Shown here piece after piece: positions 1 to 13,670 of a stretch of 64,000 nucleotides of DNA. The translations under genes and the position numbers were made by a program. The notes under the pieces were generated by a model that was given only the letters and a program-made list of their open reading frames with translations, was not told the origin of the DNA and ran no database searches. Each line of letters starts with the position of its first letter. Position 1 is the stretch's first letter. Source of the DNA: Chrysomallon squamiferum (lineage: Eukaryota > Animalia > Mollusca); contig CM022670.1 of NCBI GenBank assembly GCA_012295275.1, forward strand, positions 18,042,001 through 18,106,000, in the 5' to 3' direction.

Positions 1-1422
1 TTTCATCACTTCTATAAGAGTTAGCTTAAGCAAACGTCTACTAATAACGATTTAATGTAAAGCGCACATCGGGGAAACAAATGACTTCTTTATTACAGAA
101 CAGCCCACACGATTTCGAAGAAAAGTAAAAAAAAAAAATAAAAAAAAATGATTTGATGATACCCTTAAAACATTTTAAATATATGATTTGATGGCGTGCT
201 CAAAGACATAAAAGTAATACAGAAAAAACTTGCTGTAACCAAACAAAAGTTTTTTATTTTTATTATTTTTTTTTTTTATTAGCAGTAAGTAATCTTGTAT
301 TCAAAACTTTACAGGGATATAGATTGAGATAAGTTAGTAGTAGGCATAGATGTGAATAGCAGGTAGCCTAATGGGAGTATCAAAAAGGACTGATCATTTA
401 TAGATTTCTTTTTATGAATAATGTCCACCATTCTGTAGGTAATAAATAATTAATGACAAAATTCTAGCACATCTGGGAATTTTTAAAGACAAAAATCGAT
501 AAACTGCTTAATGGTGTTAAATTAATTTGCTGTATTTCTGTTTGTTAATGAAAGATGCACGCTGCCAACTCTATAAGAAACGTTGACCCATAATGAAAAC
601 GAAGAACCATCTGTTAAGCTAAAAGCCAGGTAATTAAAATATTGTCAGATCATTCAAGGATCTCAAAACACTTAGCATTTGCACGTTCCTTTAAAAAGAG
701 CAGAACGTACCACGATCTTTGATAAACATTAGATGGAATGAAAAACTGACAAACCAACGCACCGACAAAGGTTCATCTGCTGTCATTTTTTAAACTAAAA
801 GTAATGTATTTCGTAATTTATGCATATTTATTTTTAAGCATGTTTAAAAAGATTTTATACATTTCATTTGAAAGAAAATGAAAATCATTTACAAGATGAC
901 TTTTTTATGATTCAAACAATATTGTCGGCGTCTTTGTCATCTTCATCATCATCACCATCATCATAATAAACATTATCACTCTGCTTCAATGCTTTAAATT
1001 CAACGCTTTTGAATCATACTAAACAGTGCCAATTCATTATCTACGTCAGATAATCGTCTTCAGTGGTTCTCCAGGTTTTTTCACTTTTGCAGATAAATTT
1101 AACCAAAATAAATTTAAAAAAAGCAAAGAATGAAAATGTATATATCGTGTTAAGAAGATTTTACAAAGGCTTTTACTCTAGCTAAAATATGTAAAACATG
1201 TTAACCTGCTGTGACTAATCAGTATGAGATAGTGCACGTATTTTATTTAGACGTGTTTTCTGTTAGGTGTTATCATCATGGAAAATTAAGTTATATTAAG
1301 TTTCTAAATACACAGAAAACGAGATTGCTATGTAAATTGTGTTCATGGATTTTGCAGGTTTCTTTAAGCATCACCTGTTGCATTATTACTGTACGCTTTA
1401 TGGGGGGTCCGGTTTAGTTTTT

Positions 1423-1527
<105 letters not shown>

Positions 1528-1847
1528 CTGTCATTCACTCAAACCTCTCTTGTCTCTGGTTCTCCATATTTAAGACTTTTGTGTAAAAAAAAAATTACAG
1601 CTGCGAAACAAAATAAACTGAAGCTAAATTTCAATAGTATATGGTAATGTTTCCCTTCACCTTGATGCTTATAAACATATTTTGCTATCACCAAATTTTA
1701 AATTCACTGAGATTCACGAATGAATAAATGTCTGTTTCTTGCCGAATCTACACGTATTCTAATAACTATTATGATGTGTCAAACATAGCAATACCAGTCA
1801 ATCGGTGGACTATTGAAGAAAAAGGACGCGTTAATATTCGATTTCCT

Positions 1848-1962
1848 TAGCTTTGATAAACCAGATAGAGTCTACTGAGTGGAAAAGGAAACAGCCATAT
1901 AAAACCTGCGAGAAGGACTGATCCTGAAATCAGTCAGGCTTCAATCCATTGCTTTAACCATT
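1848..1962 (-). mobile_element. Decayed tRNA-derived SINE 5' region, likely the same family as 54764-54945
   Basis: Minus strand has an A-box-like AATGGTTAAAGC followed by a degenerate B-box-like CAGGATCAGTCC. The plus strand shares the TTTGATA...TGGAAA...TGAT layout with the 54.8-kb copy. Highly diverged. Confidence 0.4.
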
Positions 1963-2357
1963 CAAACAAAACACGTTACCTTCCATTCCGAGTGCCTTAA
2001 CTCAGTGACATTAATCATTCCGGTTTTGGTAAGAATTATCGTGAAAAATTTAAACTGAAGAAAGTGATTTCTGTGAATGTAATTTGTTCTGAGAACGTTT
2101 CTGGCGACAGGTCTTGCAGATGGATTACGCAGACAGCCTCTTCTCAACCTCTCAGTAAAGAATCTGTCTGAACTGGCAGATATAGATGGAACTGCACCAT
2201 ACCTTATAATGATGTAGCTTAACTTACAGAACGTTTTAAATGCCACTGTGATTCTTTTCAATTAGGACCATTCCAACTTTATTTGGTTGATCCTTTATGT
2301 CAATCTTTCACTTTTTTCTACTCTGTCTTTTTGTTTTACTCTCTCTCTCTGATCCCT

Positions 2358-2484
<127 letters not shown>

Positions 2485-2739
2485 ACTCATCTCGTTGTCT
2501 ATCCATCTCGCTCTGTCCCTATATCCCTGTCTCTGTGTCAGTCCATATATCTTTCCTTTCATCCAACGAGTCAGTCAGTTTGTTTTACTATTATTGTCGT
2601 ACTTAAAAACAAACAAACATAAATGAATGAATAAAACAGCACTATTAATAAAAAAAAGGACGTGGACGCACTTGATAAGAAGACTCACGTATCAGAACTC
2701 CTGACACGCAAACAGAAACAGAAATACGCGAATACGTAC

Positions 2740-3103
2740 CTTGAGCTCCTGGCGCTGCGGCGCTCCATAAATGGAGAGACACCATGGAGTAAAACACGCC
2801 CATGATGAACACAGGCACGAGATACGTAGCGAGTACGACGAATATCTGATACACCAGCTCCAGGTCGGGGTCAACGTGCATGTCGCAGTACACCAACAAG
2901 CTGTCTATGTCGTTAAACGACTGGTGTATCTCCATGAATATCAAGTTGGGCAAGGCCACAATGGTCCCAATGATCCAGATGAAGACGACAGCGATGCCGA
3001 CTTTCTTCGTCGTGATCTTGGCCCTCAGCGGGCGACATATTGCGTAATATCTCTCCACCGAGATAGCACACAGTGTCAGCACAGAGGATGATACACAGAG
3101 AAC
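2740..3103 (-). CDS. HCRTR2-like: Orexin/allatotropin receptor-family GPCR, second coding exon (TM3, ICL2, TM4, ECL2, TM5, start of ICL3); gene continues left of the window
   Basis: Acceptor CTTTCAG|GTT at 3103 continues exon 1 in phase 0: VLCVSSSVLTLCAISVERYYAICRPL...VVFIWIIGTIVALP...VYCD...YQIFVVLATYLVPVFIMGVFYSMVSLHLWSAAAPGAQ. Contains ERY, W4.50, the ECL2 Cys, P5.50 and Y5.58. Donor AAG|GTACGT at 2740; exon is 364 nt, phase 1. No TM6 or TM7 exon is recognisable in 1-2739. Confidence 0.93.
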
Positions 3104-4100
3104 CTGAAAGTCAATTTTACACTGTAATTATTAAAACGCCTTAGTAAGTCAGATGGATATATTTTTGATAGAATAATTATAAAATTTATAAAGCGTCATG
3201 ACAGTAAAATAATAAGGCAGATCGAGCCTTAATAATAATAATTTATTTATATTTCATATAATAAAACAATTACAGATTATCAGGATGGTTATATATATGG
3301 TTAGAAGTTATATCTTGAAATAATAATGATGAAATATCGGTACTGACAGATATACAATAAATTATTATATCTATTAAATTAACATAACAAAAAGTATGGT
3401 GGATAAATGATACAGGACAAATGAACGCAGATTTTGGGGGCTTTTGATGATGGAACTACTTTTTTGATGAAGTACGTGTGATACGTTTTGTTTGTATTGT
3501 TTAAGATGACGTCATTGGGTAGCGGTTTTCAGTTTAACAGACCAATGTCTAAAAAGTTTTTGTGATAAGACAATAACGAAATAACTGTTGAGAACTATTT
3601 TCTTATGCGTAGATGTTACAGGACACAAGGTAGTCACCAGATTTTACAAATACACTGAATTCTCGCAGTAGTGGTGTAAACGATTCATTTAATTTCGTAT
3701 TATGTAGGATTTGAGGATAAATGAAATAATTGGTTACTGTCTTAAGATATCAGTCAAATTCCGTGCATATGTCTAATAGCAATCCCAACCTTCACAGAAT
3801 AAATCCAATATCTTACCAATTACTCTCTACATAAAACCTATCGAAACAGTATAGAATTGTAGACACAAGTTGCCTTCTTTCTGATATACAAAAAATTTAA
3901 AAATTTAAATAATTAAAAACATTTATAAAAAAAATAAAGAAATGTTAGTAATAATAATAATAACCCTAATATCAGTATAGTTGGCTGACAAATTAATGAA
4001 TTTTTACTGCTATGCCATTTCCATGTGGCTTTTAAATCATAACGTATTTAGATCATTATTGCCGAATAAAATAATATATACGTCTGTCCTTCCCTCGTTT

Positions 4101-4103
<3 letters not shown>

Positions 4104-4179
<76 letters not shown>
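4104..4179. repeat. (CT)n microsatellite
   Basis: Perfect run. Confidence 0.98.
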
Positions 4180-4184
<5 letters not shown>

Positions 4185-7100
4185 CAATCTTCTCAAGGAA
4201 CATCAAGAAAATAAATTAACAAAACTGTTTGTCTCTGAACAACAAAATCGACAATTTCGTCTTCTGACAAACATCTTTCAAACCCTGGTCACTGGTGAAC
4301 TTTTGCTCTTGTCTCAGGACTGCATTGTTATTTTCGAACTGTTTTTCATACGTCTTCGTTAATCAAGGGAACCCGCTGCGTTTTGTTCTTCCCAGCTGCC
4401 GCTTGTAACGCAGTTAATGAGTTAAAGCACATCCATCGTTGCTAAATAACTTACTGTCGATCAGGACGTCTTCGTATTTGACTAATTAAGACGACAATAA
4501 ATCACCAATTTTTTCGCGCGCGAAATCTACCATTTCCATTAAAATAAGTGCTGCTGTAATTTAATAAAACTTTTGCCAAAACCTGAGGGCAGTTTTTCGA
4601 TTTTATTATTTAAACAAACATTTGATGCAAACATTTCGGAATAGGAACGTTACGTATGTAATTATTGAACATTACTCATTTTCTAACACTAGGTTTAAAG
4701 TTGCTTCGTTCCATACATTTTCGGTCAGTAATAATAATAATAACAAGATGAAGAAGAAGAAGAAAAAGAAGAAAAAAAGAAGATAAAGCTAACTGTGATG
4801 ATTATTTTGTAATCTGTTAAATATTATTTCTATACGACTTATTTCATAACAAGATGTTTTAATAGCTTACTATAAATACTCTGACTTTAGCTATTTCTTG
4901 GACATTTTAACTTCAAAACAGAAATCGTTTTGATCATTAAAACTACTTCCTACGTGTTTGAGTATTTTAGGAGTTGTCGTCATGCAAGATATAAATGGTA
5001 TTCATTATATTTTTCATTCATTATTAAAAATGAACTCTGTTACCGTAAATTCTTTGATGGAAGAAATACGTACTCGGAAATTCACATCAACTGTTCTAAA
5101 TTTTAACACATTTTATTTGAATTAAGCAAACACGACACAAACATTTTACATGATTAAGCGAGTAATCACCCTGGTTTGGTTTAGCAGATCAAGTTTAATC
5201 AAGATGAAACGTTTTTCCTTTTGTAGCTGAAGTAAAGATGGTGGCAAAAGGAGTCTACAAAAAGAAATAATATATGTAATGGGGGAATGTGCTTTAGACA
5301 TTACTTTGAGAATGAAATCAAAAAGTGCTTATCTTCATTACGATATCTACGATTAACTGTCATAGCAGAGAAACTCTGATAGTGTCTTTTAGATGAAAGA
5401 TTCCTTTTTTTGTAGATGCCATTAAAGATTATTTACCATTAAATTCCTTTAAGCAATAAATCTCCGAAAGGTTGCACATTAATAATCATTAAAATCTTTT
5501 TCCTTTTTTTTATCTTCTTCTTTTTTTCTTGTTCTTTTTTTTTTTTTTTTTTTTTTTTGTTTTAGCCAGAACACAACAGAAAAATACTTGATATTAATAT
5601 TATTGATGTGACTAATTATGATGTTAACAGAACCTTAAAGATAATAATTATTAAAACAACAACATTTTGTTGCTGATAATTATCACAGAACAAATATGTC
5701 AAAAGGGGTCGCAAAAGGACGTCTGTTTTTCAAAAAAATTTAGTAGCAGGAAAATGACTGGTGGAATCCTTTCATGACTGTTTTGTTTTCTGTGTGTTTA
5801 TACAAAGGATTAAAACAGTGGGGACCATGTCAGACGTTGAATGAGTTAATGTCACCAGAATTCATACTGACAAAATGAAGTATATTCATCATGAGTGATG
5901 TTCGATTAATTAGCTTCGAAATATCCAAATTATTATATATTATAGCTAATTATATTATCCTATCCTTTTATAAACATAAGTAATTTATATACAATGTTAT
6001 AGGCGCAATTTATTTCTTTTTAAAAAAATATTTCATGTTTAAGTATTGACATAAATCATACGGGTAAAATATTTTTAACCACTGGTAAATATTCACGTTA
6101 AAAGTTTCTCGTTAGCTAGTTTGGCTGCAGTGAAGAAACTATTCTAGCTCCAGTCTAACGGGTCAGTAGTTTTTGTTTTCTTATTTCTGAGACGGACCTG
6201 GTCAATAATCTGACAGAGAGTGATAAGTTCCACTGTTCACACATCTTGCCAAGTAACGAATGTAGCTGGACATCTACTTCTGTTTTATTCTTGTAGCCAT
6301 GACAGTAGACATTCAGCCACTGAACCACTTTAAATACTACAGAAATCTCCTGTTAGAAGTGGTTTAAAAAAACAAAGTCTCAGACCAGAATAATGCTTAA
6401 AACAACATATTTGGACACGATTCTCTACGAGTGGTCTGTCAAACTGTTTTAAACGTAATTTCATAAGCGACAAATGAGTGCAGTTTCTGCAACGTGAAAT
6501 TAGCTGCCTGACTTGGAAATCAAGAAATTCTAGACGATATAATAACATATGTCGGCTTCGATCATTAAGACAGTTATTGTAAAACCGCATGTTTAAGATT
6601 CGTGAACGAAATTATAAAACTTCATTTCAGTTAATACAACCTGCTTAAAAAAAAAAATTGACAATAATTTTAGATTCCCCTCAACGTCATTCAGACAGTT
6701 TAATGAAACCACGAGAGCAATCGTTTTCGTACGATTTTCTAAATTTATTCTCATTAAAACACTTTAGTACATTCTACTTTATGTGTGCACTCTCATACAG
6801 ATACCTTTCAAACTGTGTTCGCTATTTTTCAGACTCCACACTATTACCTACACTAAAACTTTCTTTGTAATCAATCGTTTTCAGACAACACTCTGACTAG
6901 GTACGGATATTGTTGCGACGGATCGTCTCTTGTAGAGTAGTGTTCACGGACTTGGTTTTGAGATTCCAGTCAAGACTGTTTGTTATTATTTTGATATCCG
7001 GACAGACAAGTGTAGATAAGTGAAAATTAGATATCTAATGAATTTACGAGTTCGCGTCCGGTATCTCACTGTTCGCGAGTCTAACGAGAAGACGCCATTG

Positions 7101-7589
7101 TTCTGGTGTTGACAGGTCAAGGACTGTTTGGCGTTACTTAAAGGCAGAACAACAAACACTCTGGCACTAACCGTGCAAAACCTGATTATGAAGTGAATTA
7201 GAACTTCGCTTTGTTTGTGCATCTTAATAAAGTTACTGAACTCTTATTTCCATGATTTGTTATTATTATTAGTAGTATTGTGGTTGTTGTTGGTGGTGCT
7301 GGTAGTGGTTATTTTGATGTGGTTGTTGCTGCTAGTATTATCAATATCGTTATTATTGTTTTGATGTTGGTGCAGTTATTATTATTTTTAATTTTATTTG
7401 TTGTTGTTGTTGCTGTCGTTGTCGTTGTCGTCCATGGTTGTAGTGGACATGTTAAAAGAAAATTACATTTTGAAAAACACGAAGCTAAACTAATATTGTC
7501 AGTATTGAAAAGTTTTACAATAATTCGTAAAAGATTTTTTTTTCTTAAGGGCCAATCTATTTTAAAAATGGGGTTCAATTATAGAAATT

Positions 7590-7590
7590 A

Positions 7591-7670
<80 letters not shown>
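7590..7670. repeat. Compound (TAC)n(TAA)n microsatellite
   Basis: Seen directly. Confidence 0.95.
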
Positions 7671-7681
<11 letters not shown>

Positions 7682-9494
7682 AGTAAAAAATAAAAATATA
7701 TATAACCCGTCTAGGATAAATATTAATTTATTTTCAAAACATTGAAACAAAATATTTGTGGTCTCGCATTTCTAATCACTTGTTTATAGGAGCGCAATAA
7801 ATTGAAAAATTTACAGACAAAAATATGTATATATTTTTTTTCACATATTATTTTTAATATAATTGGATGATACAACTGATTTTTGGTATTTAAATAATTC
7901 CACACATACTAGTAAATAAATACATTTTTTCCACTCCAGAACGTACCATTCCGTGATGAAATGAAAGAATAAATGATGAAAGAAAAAAGTTATAACAGTT
8001 CATTTTAAAACATTTTACAAACTAGACCAGTTTTAAAAACATCATTTGTCGCATTTGTATTGAAAAGACATAATTTTCTGAAAAAAAAAAGAAAAGAAAC
8101 CACGATAAACAGTTTTCTGATATTTTCTAAATTATGGAATATCAGTTCATCCAAACTCGGTTCGAGAGTCCTTAATTTAAAAGTTATTTCCTTCATTTTT
8201 CCCATTCATTTCTCAGCAAACGATTCCCATAAATTATTTCCTTTTCGTCCAGTTATTATTTGCTTAATGTCATCCCTATAAATTATTTACTGTCAGACAC
8301 TGTGACAGAGAGGAGTAATGATAGCAAACGTCAGTGAAACAAACATATATCAGTCATGAATCACTGATGTGCAGTTTATTAACAACATGGATGTTAAAAT
8401 AAATGTACATTTGAAACAATGCTGTCTGGGATGGATTTATAGACAGGCGCCGATTCGGGCCATCAGTTCACAGTTCTATGATCTCCGTGGTGATCTGCTA
8501 ACAGTTAATTAACGTAGCTGACAGACGTAGTTTGTCATGTATTGTAGACAAAAATCTGCTCTTAAATGTATCATATGGTACACAGAGGTAATTATAGATT
8601 CGTTTTTTTAGACTCGAAACTGCAATAAATTATTGACGTAAATCAGAGTCAGGAATGTCAGTTAAATAAATAAAATATGATTTAAATTACCTAAAATCAT
8701 CAAATTATATATATATATATGTGTGTATATGTGTGTGTGTGTGGGTGTGTGTGTGTGTGTATGTGTGTGTGTGTGCGTGCGCGCGATCAATATCCATTTA
8801 TCCCAGTCTAATGTGAAGGTGATGACGTGTTCTTGTCCATATTTTAACACATAGATCGGTCGCTTGATTATCACAACAGGTTTAATTCATTGAATACTAC
8901 TGAATATTTATCGTACGTCACAATAGTGTAATGAATGCAAATAATTAAATAATGAATGAGACTAATTAAATATTGAATGGGATTTTTTTTTTTTGTTGTT
9001 TTTTTGTTGTTGTTTTTTTATTTTTATTTTTTTTTTTTTTAAATTTATTTATTTATATTACTGAAAAAGAAAGAGTGGATAGTTTTCTGTCTGTTTGCAA
9101 ATTTGTTTGCTCACCCAGAGGAACAGCTTGTAAAATGGTCATCCTCCATTTGGAAATTTAGTTAATCTATTTAACTTACTATGTCTTAATTGTTCCTTAA
9201 CAGTGTCGTAACACAAATGACTAGATTTAGAGAAAGAAGCAGAGACTGAACTAGAGGGTGAATGAGTAAAATGATATTAAACGTCTTCTTTTCTTCGTTA
9301 TTTCAACTTTTTAAAAAAATTCTGCAGTTATTAGGCACTATACCTATGTGAAGGACCACAAATTAAATTATAAAAGGAATTATCAAACGAATTATGACGC
9401 CATCGAATACCAGAAAAGAAGTACACCATTGGTTATTTTGTAAACAGGAAATTCATCAATAACGGAAATTCATCATAGGAACAGAAAGAGTCAG

Positions 9495-9594
<100 letters not shown>

Positions 9595-10409
9595 AAGAAA
9601 CAATAGCTGCAAGAAATACAGTTAATGGATTCATTTAGTTTATTTGCAGTCAATGTCCTTACAGTTTGTCAAGTTTGTATGTTGCTTTATTCTTTCCCTT
9701 ACATTTCTTTTTTTAACCCTTTTTGTCTCTTTGCAGTATACATGTTTTAATAAACACACAGAAAAGGCGGCAAAATTTATTCATTTAAACTACGGCACAA
9801 TGAAAAAATGCTGGCTTAAAACGCAATAACAAAAAAAAGAAAAAAAGGTTTGAACTCTGGTCTGAGGCATCATAAGACGAAGGACAAGTCTTTCTTAGTT
9901 TGCCGGTAAAGCTATTTCCATTTACTTCCTGAGCCACGCAATAGTCTTTTACGATAAGTGATTTACCATATTTTTAAATATGGTTATAAAAATAATTGAT
10001 CCTAAAGAATGGAGAAACTGCAGTAAATGTCCTCACTCATATAACAAAAAACCGCAATAAGTCACATAAACGATTAGAATCATTTTATCCAAAAATATTA
10101 AGACGTGTTATGTTGATAAATAAGTATTTGTTCGTTATGAAGACACGATGGTTTATATAATCATTAAAACAATAATAGCAGTTAATATCGAAATGTGTTA
10201 AGATGTTGTTAAACAAACATTCATTTTATTGTTAGGACGCGATGGTATATATCAGTAATTTTTTCTTTTTGTTTCAAGACACCTCTACTGATAAGGCGGT
10301 AAACCCGAATACTCTAACTGATCATCTAAGAAGCCCAAAAGTTTGGCTTTTCACAAAGATTGCTCTATAATGGTATAATGTATAGGGATACATTATTCTA
10401 TGATTATAC

Positions 10410-11290
10410 TATATTGGTAAGCTATGCCTTAACATTGGTATACTGGTAAACTATTCCCTAACTTTAGAATATTGGTAAATTTAATTCCTAACTTTAGAAT
10501 ACCAGTCAACTACTCGCTAATTTCAGTATTCTGGTGAACTATTTCCTACCTTTAATATACTGGTAAACTATTCTCTGATTCTAATATGAACTGGTAAACT
10601 ATTCACTAATTCTAGTATTCTGGTAAACATTCACTAATTCTTGTATACTGGTAAACTATTTTCTAAATCTAGTAAACTGGCAAACCATTCACTGATTTTA
10701 GTATACTGGTAAATTATTCATTAATTTTAGTAAACTGGTAAACCATTCACTGATTTTAGTATACTGGTAAATTATTCATTAATTTTAGTAAACTGGTAAA
10801 CCATTCACTGACTGTAGTATACTGGTAAACTATTCTCTAACTCTAGTATACTGGTAAACCATTCACTGACTGTAGTATACTGGTAAACTATTTTCTAACT
10901 CTAGTATACTGGTAAACCATTCACTGATTGTAGTATACTGGTAAACTATTCACTAATTCTAGTATACTGGTAAACTATACCCTAACTTTAGAATATTCAT
11001 AAACTATTATCTAACTTTAGAATATTGGTAAACTATTCCTTAACTTTATAACACTGGTAAATTATAAGCTAACTTTATTATACTCGTAAACTGTATGTCC
11101 TAACTCACATTTTCAGACAGATTATTATCAGTCTCCATTTAATAAGTAAACTGTGTTAAACGCTGGTCTTATGGTAAACTTTCTATATCTGTAGTATGCT
11201 GGTAAAGTAATATGTGACTGAAGTATATAGGTTAACTATCTTCTAATTCTTGCTCATGGATAAATTATTCTTTGGCTTTTGTTTTTACAA
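10410..11290. repeat. Intronic minisatellite, 29-bp unit (consensus ~TACTGGTAAACTATTCACTAATTCTAGTA), roughly 25-30 copies, degenerate at both ends
   Basis: CTGGTAAA recurs every 29 bp. The core 10650-10980 is highly homogeneous. Confidence 0.95.
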
Positions 11291-12205
11291 ACTTTTACTC
11301 TAATTATTGTATATTTGTAATCTTTTCTTTTACTCAAAAAATATTGGTAAATTATTCTAATGAAAGGAATCAAGTCTTTAAGCTGCAAGCAGAATTCATC
11401 AAAAGTATTCTTCAATCACAAACTGTAAGAAAACATCATTTCTTGGACAGTAAGAAGAATCTTATTATCATTATAGCAACAATTAAATAAGAAAACCATT
11501 ACAAATATGGGCTTGGTTTTATTAATATTTATGTTTCTTTCATCTTCCACCCATCCTCTGCAATATAATCATTGTTCAACTGACGGCAACCAGACGAACA
11601 ATTTTGTTTTCCCGAAGACAAATTTCTGAGATTTTCCCTTGGTAATCCGTGAGTATTTCCCCCACGCTTTTACGTCTCGCCCTCTACAGTACGCGCTGAG
11701 GCAATACTTCAACGTGGCGGAATCATAGCCTCGACAAATGAAACAGCTATTATCTAATGGATGTTTGATTAATGATCTGAGATTGTGATTTCAGGCTGAG
11801 TCCTCAGCCCAAAGCGGCATCAGTCTGATACATACTGTAAGCAGTGAGTTAGAAAGATGTGATATACACAGAACTAACGTGTCATGTTAACGCGAGAGAT
11901 AACGGTACAAGAATAAAATGGAAAAAAGGTTAGAGAAAGAAAGAACGAGATATGAAGTAAGATAGCGTTAGTGGTAGTTGTAACATAGTAGTAGTAGTAG
12001 CAGTAGTTTTAGCAATAGTTTTAGTAGTAGTAGTAATAGAAGTAAGAATAGCAGTAGTAGTAGTAGTAGTAGTAGTAGTAGAAGTAGTAGTAAAGATGAT
12101 GAAGAAAACAATGATGGTAATGAAATTATTAAAACTTTAGAAGCCTCGAAAGGAGAAATCAGATAAAGATGACTAAATTCCAGACTTACACAAAATAATA
12201 TTTAC

Positions 12206-12592
12206 CTGTATGAAAATGGCAATTTTACAGAAAAGGCGACCGAGGAACCATGTTTCTGTTATGTTTTGTAACACTGTGGGCGGTTGACACGTGACAAACA
12301 CTAAAAAATCGGCCACTGCAAGATTCACTATAAACAAATTGGTCACCGTTTGCATGTGGCGACTTCGCCAAACAACGAAACAGACGAGCAAGTTTCCAAT
12401 GGTACCAACAATGAAGACGATGATGTGCATGATGGCGAACAACCATTCCATAGTCGTCGGGAAAATATAGTCTTCGAGAATCTCCAAAAACTCTTCCCTG
12501 GAGACGCAGTATTCTGCGTACACCAGACGGTAGCAACTTATGTTAACACCCGATTCGTTTACAACAGTCAGGGTTGAAGTTACAGAATTCAT
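12206..12592 (-). CDS. HCRTR2-like: Orexin/allatotropin receptor-family GPCR, first coding exon (N-terminus, TM1, TM2, ECL1, start of TM3)
   Basis: ATG at 12592-12590 in an AAAACC-ATG context. Encodes 129 codons, MNSVTS...CVSREEFLEILEDYIFPTTMEWLFAIMHIIVFIVGTIGNLLVCFVVWRSRHMQTVTNLFIVNLAVADFLVFVTCQPPTVLQNITETWFLGRLFCKIAIFIQ. Class A motifs GN(1.50), LAxxD(2.50) and WxxGxxxC(3.25) are present, with close resemblance to orexin receptor EW...GNVLVC.AVW.NHHMRTVTN.FIVNL..AD...ITETWFFG..LCK...YLQ. N-terminal sequons NES and NIS. Ends at donor CAG|GTAAAT, phase 0. Confidence 0.95.
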
Positions 12593-12847
12593 GGTTTTTT
12601 TTTTCTGTCGTTGAAAATAAACTCACAAATAATACTGTGGAAGAAGTTTTATAAATGCAGTTACAGGCTAATGATTTTCGGTTGACGAATCAACAGATCT
12701 TAATTCCTTAAAACTTTCGAAGCACTGAAGTTGTCTCTGTTCTTCACTTTGAAATTTTGGTAATGACAAATTTATTCCGACAAATATGATCCGAAACGAA
12801 AATTGTTCCTTATTTAAATTTCATTGTCTTCTGTTACTAAATCCAAA
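12593..12847 (-). other. Probable 5' UTR part of the first coding exon, implying upstream non-coding exon(s)
   Basis: On the minus strand a ~50-nt pyrimidine tract (12899-12851) ends in TTTTCTTTTCAG|TTTGG at 12847. A weaker alternative acceptor (TTTTCAACGACAG) lies ~12 nt before the ATG. No transcript evidence. Confidence 0.5.
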
Positions 12848-13369
12848 CTGAAAAGAAAAAAGAAAAAGAGAAGAAAAACAACAAAAAAAAGAGAGAAAAT
12901 CTTGTTCAGAATTCCAAATTTAGTTTACGTTAGTTTATAATCAAATTTTTAGCTTCCAAGTTAATGAGCTATCCTTTTTTTTCTCCTGCTACGTAGTTTT
13001 CCACAACTTTTTTTTCAAGATAAAATTTCATAATCTCTGAACGTAACTGGCCAGCTGTTAACGGTATTAAGTAAGAAATGCTTCATCCAATAAAGTCAGG
13101 TCTTGCTTGTACTTGTGTCTTTCCCACTCGCGGCTTAACGTCTTGGCATTGTCCGCGCTTAGACACTCCCTCGTGGCTCCAGTTATCCGAGCACCGCGAT
13201 ATAACATTGGGGGCGTTATCAGACTCGATGTGAATTTGTATTTTCAACGAACCACAGATTCCGAGAGTTCAAAACGCACACATACACCACTGACCACAAA
13301 AACTAATACGTGTCTTGCATCTGTTTCTGACTTTATTAGTTTGTCGATATTAACGTGTATTATTTTTTA

Positions 13370-13415
13370 TATGTATGTTTTTATGTATGTATGTATGTCT
13401 GTCTGTATGTATGAC

Positions 13416-13458
<43 letters not shown>

Positions 13459-13619
13459 GTGTGTATGTATGTTTTATGTGTGTGTGTATGTATGTAGTAT
13501 ATATGTATGTATGTATGTGTGTTTGTATGTAGTATGTATGTATGTAAATAAGTATGTATGTATGCATGTATGTACGTGTGTATGTATGTATGTAGTATGT
13601 ATGTATGTAAATATGTATG

Positions 13620-13650
<31 letters not shown>

Positions 13651-13670
13651 TTGTACAGATTTATGTATGC
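13370..13670. repeat. Imperfect (TATG)n microsatellite
   Basis: Seen directly. Similar tracts at about 17270-17560, 27400-27625, 40727-40990, 55697-55840 and 60470-60600. Confidence 0.93.

Noticed and set aside
1962-2261. Minus-strand 99-aa ORF as the next receptor exon (ICL3/TM6)
   Set aside because: No TM6 CxxP-like or TM7 NPxxY motif, no hydrophobic helix, and no convincing splice sites.
2662-2672. Third donor CAA|GTGCGT downstream of exon 2
   Set aside because: Phase 0, incompatible with the two phase-1 donors, and a weaker consensus match.
2692-3091. ORFs 2771-3091(+) and 2692-2874(-), and likewise 12350-12577(+) and 12225-12536(-)
   Set aside because: Antisense or alternate-frame shadows of the GPCR exons.
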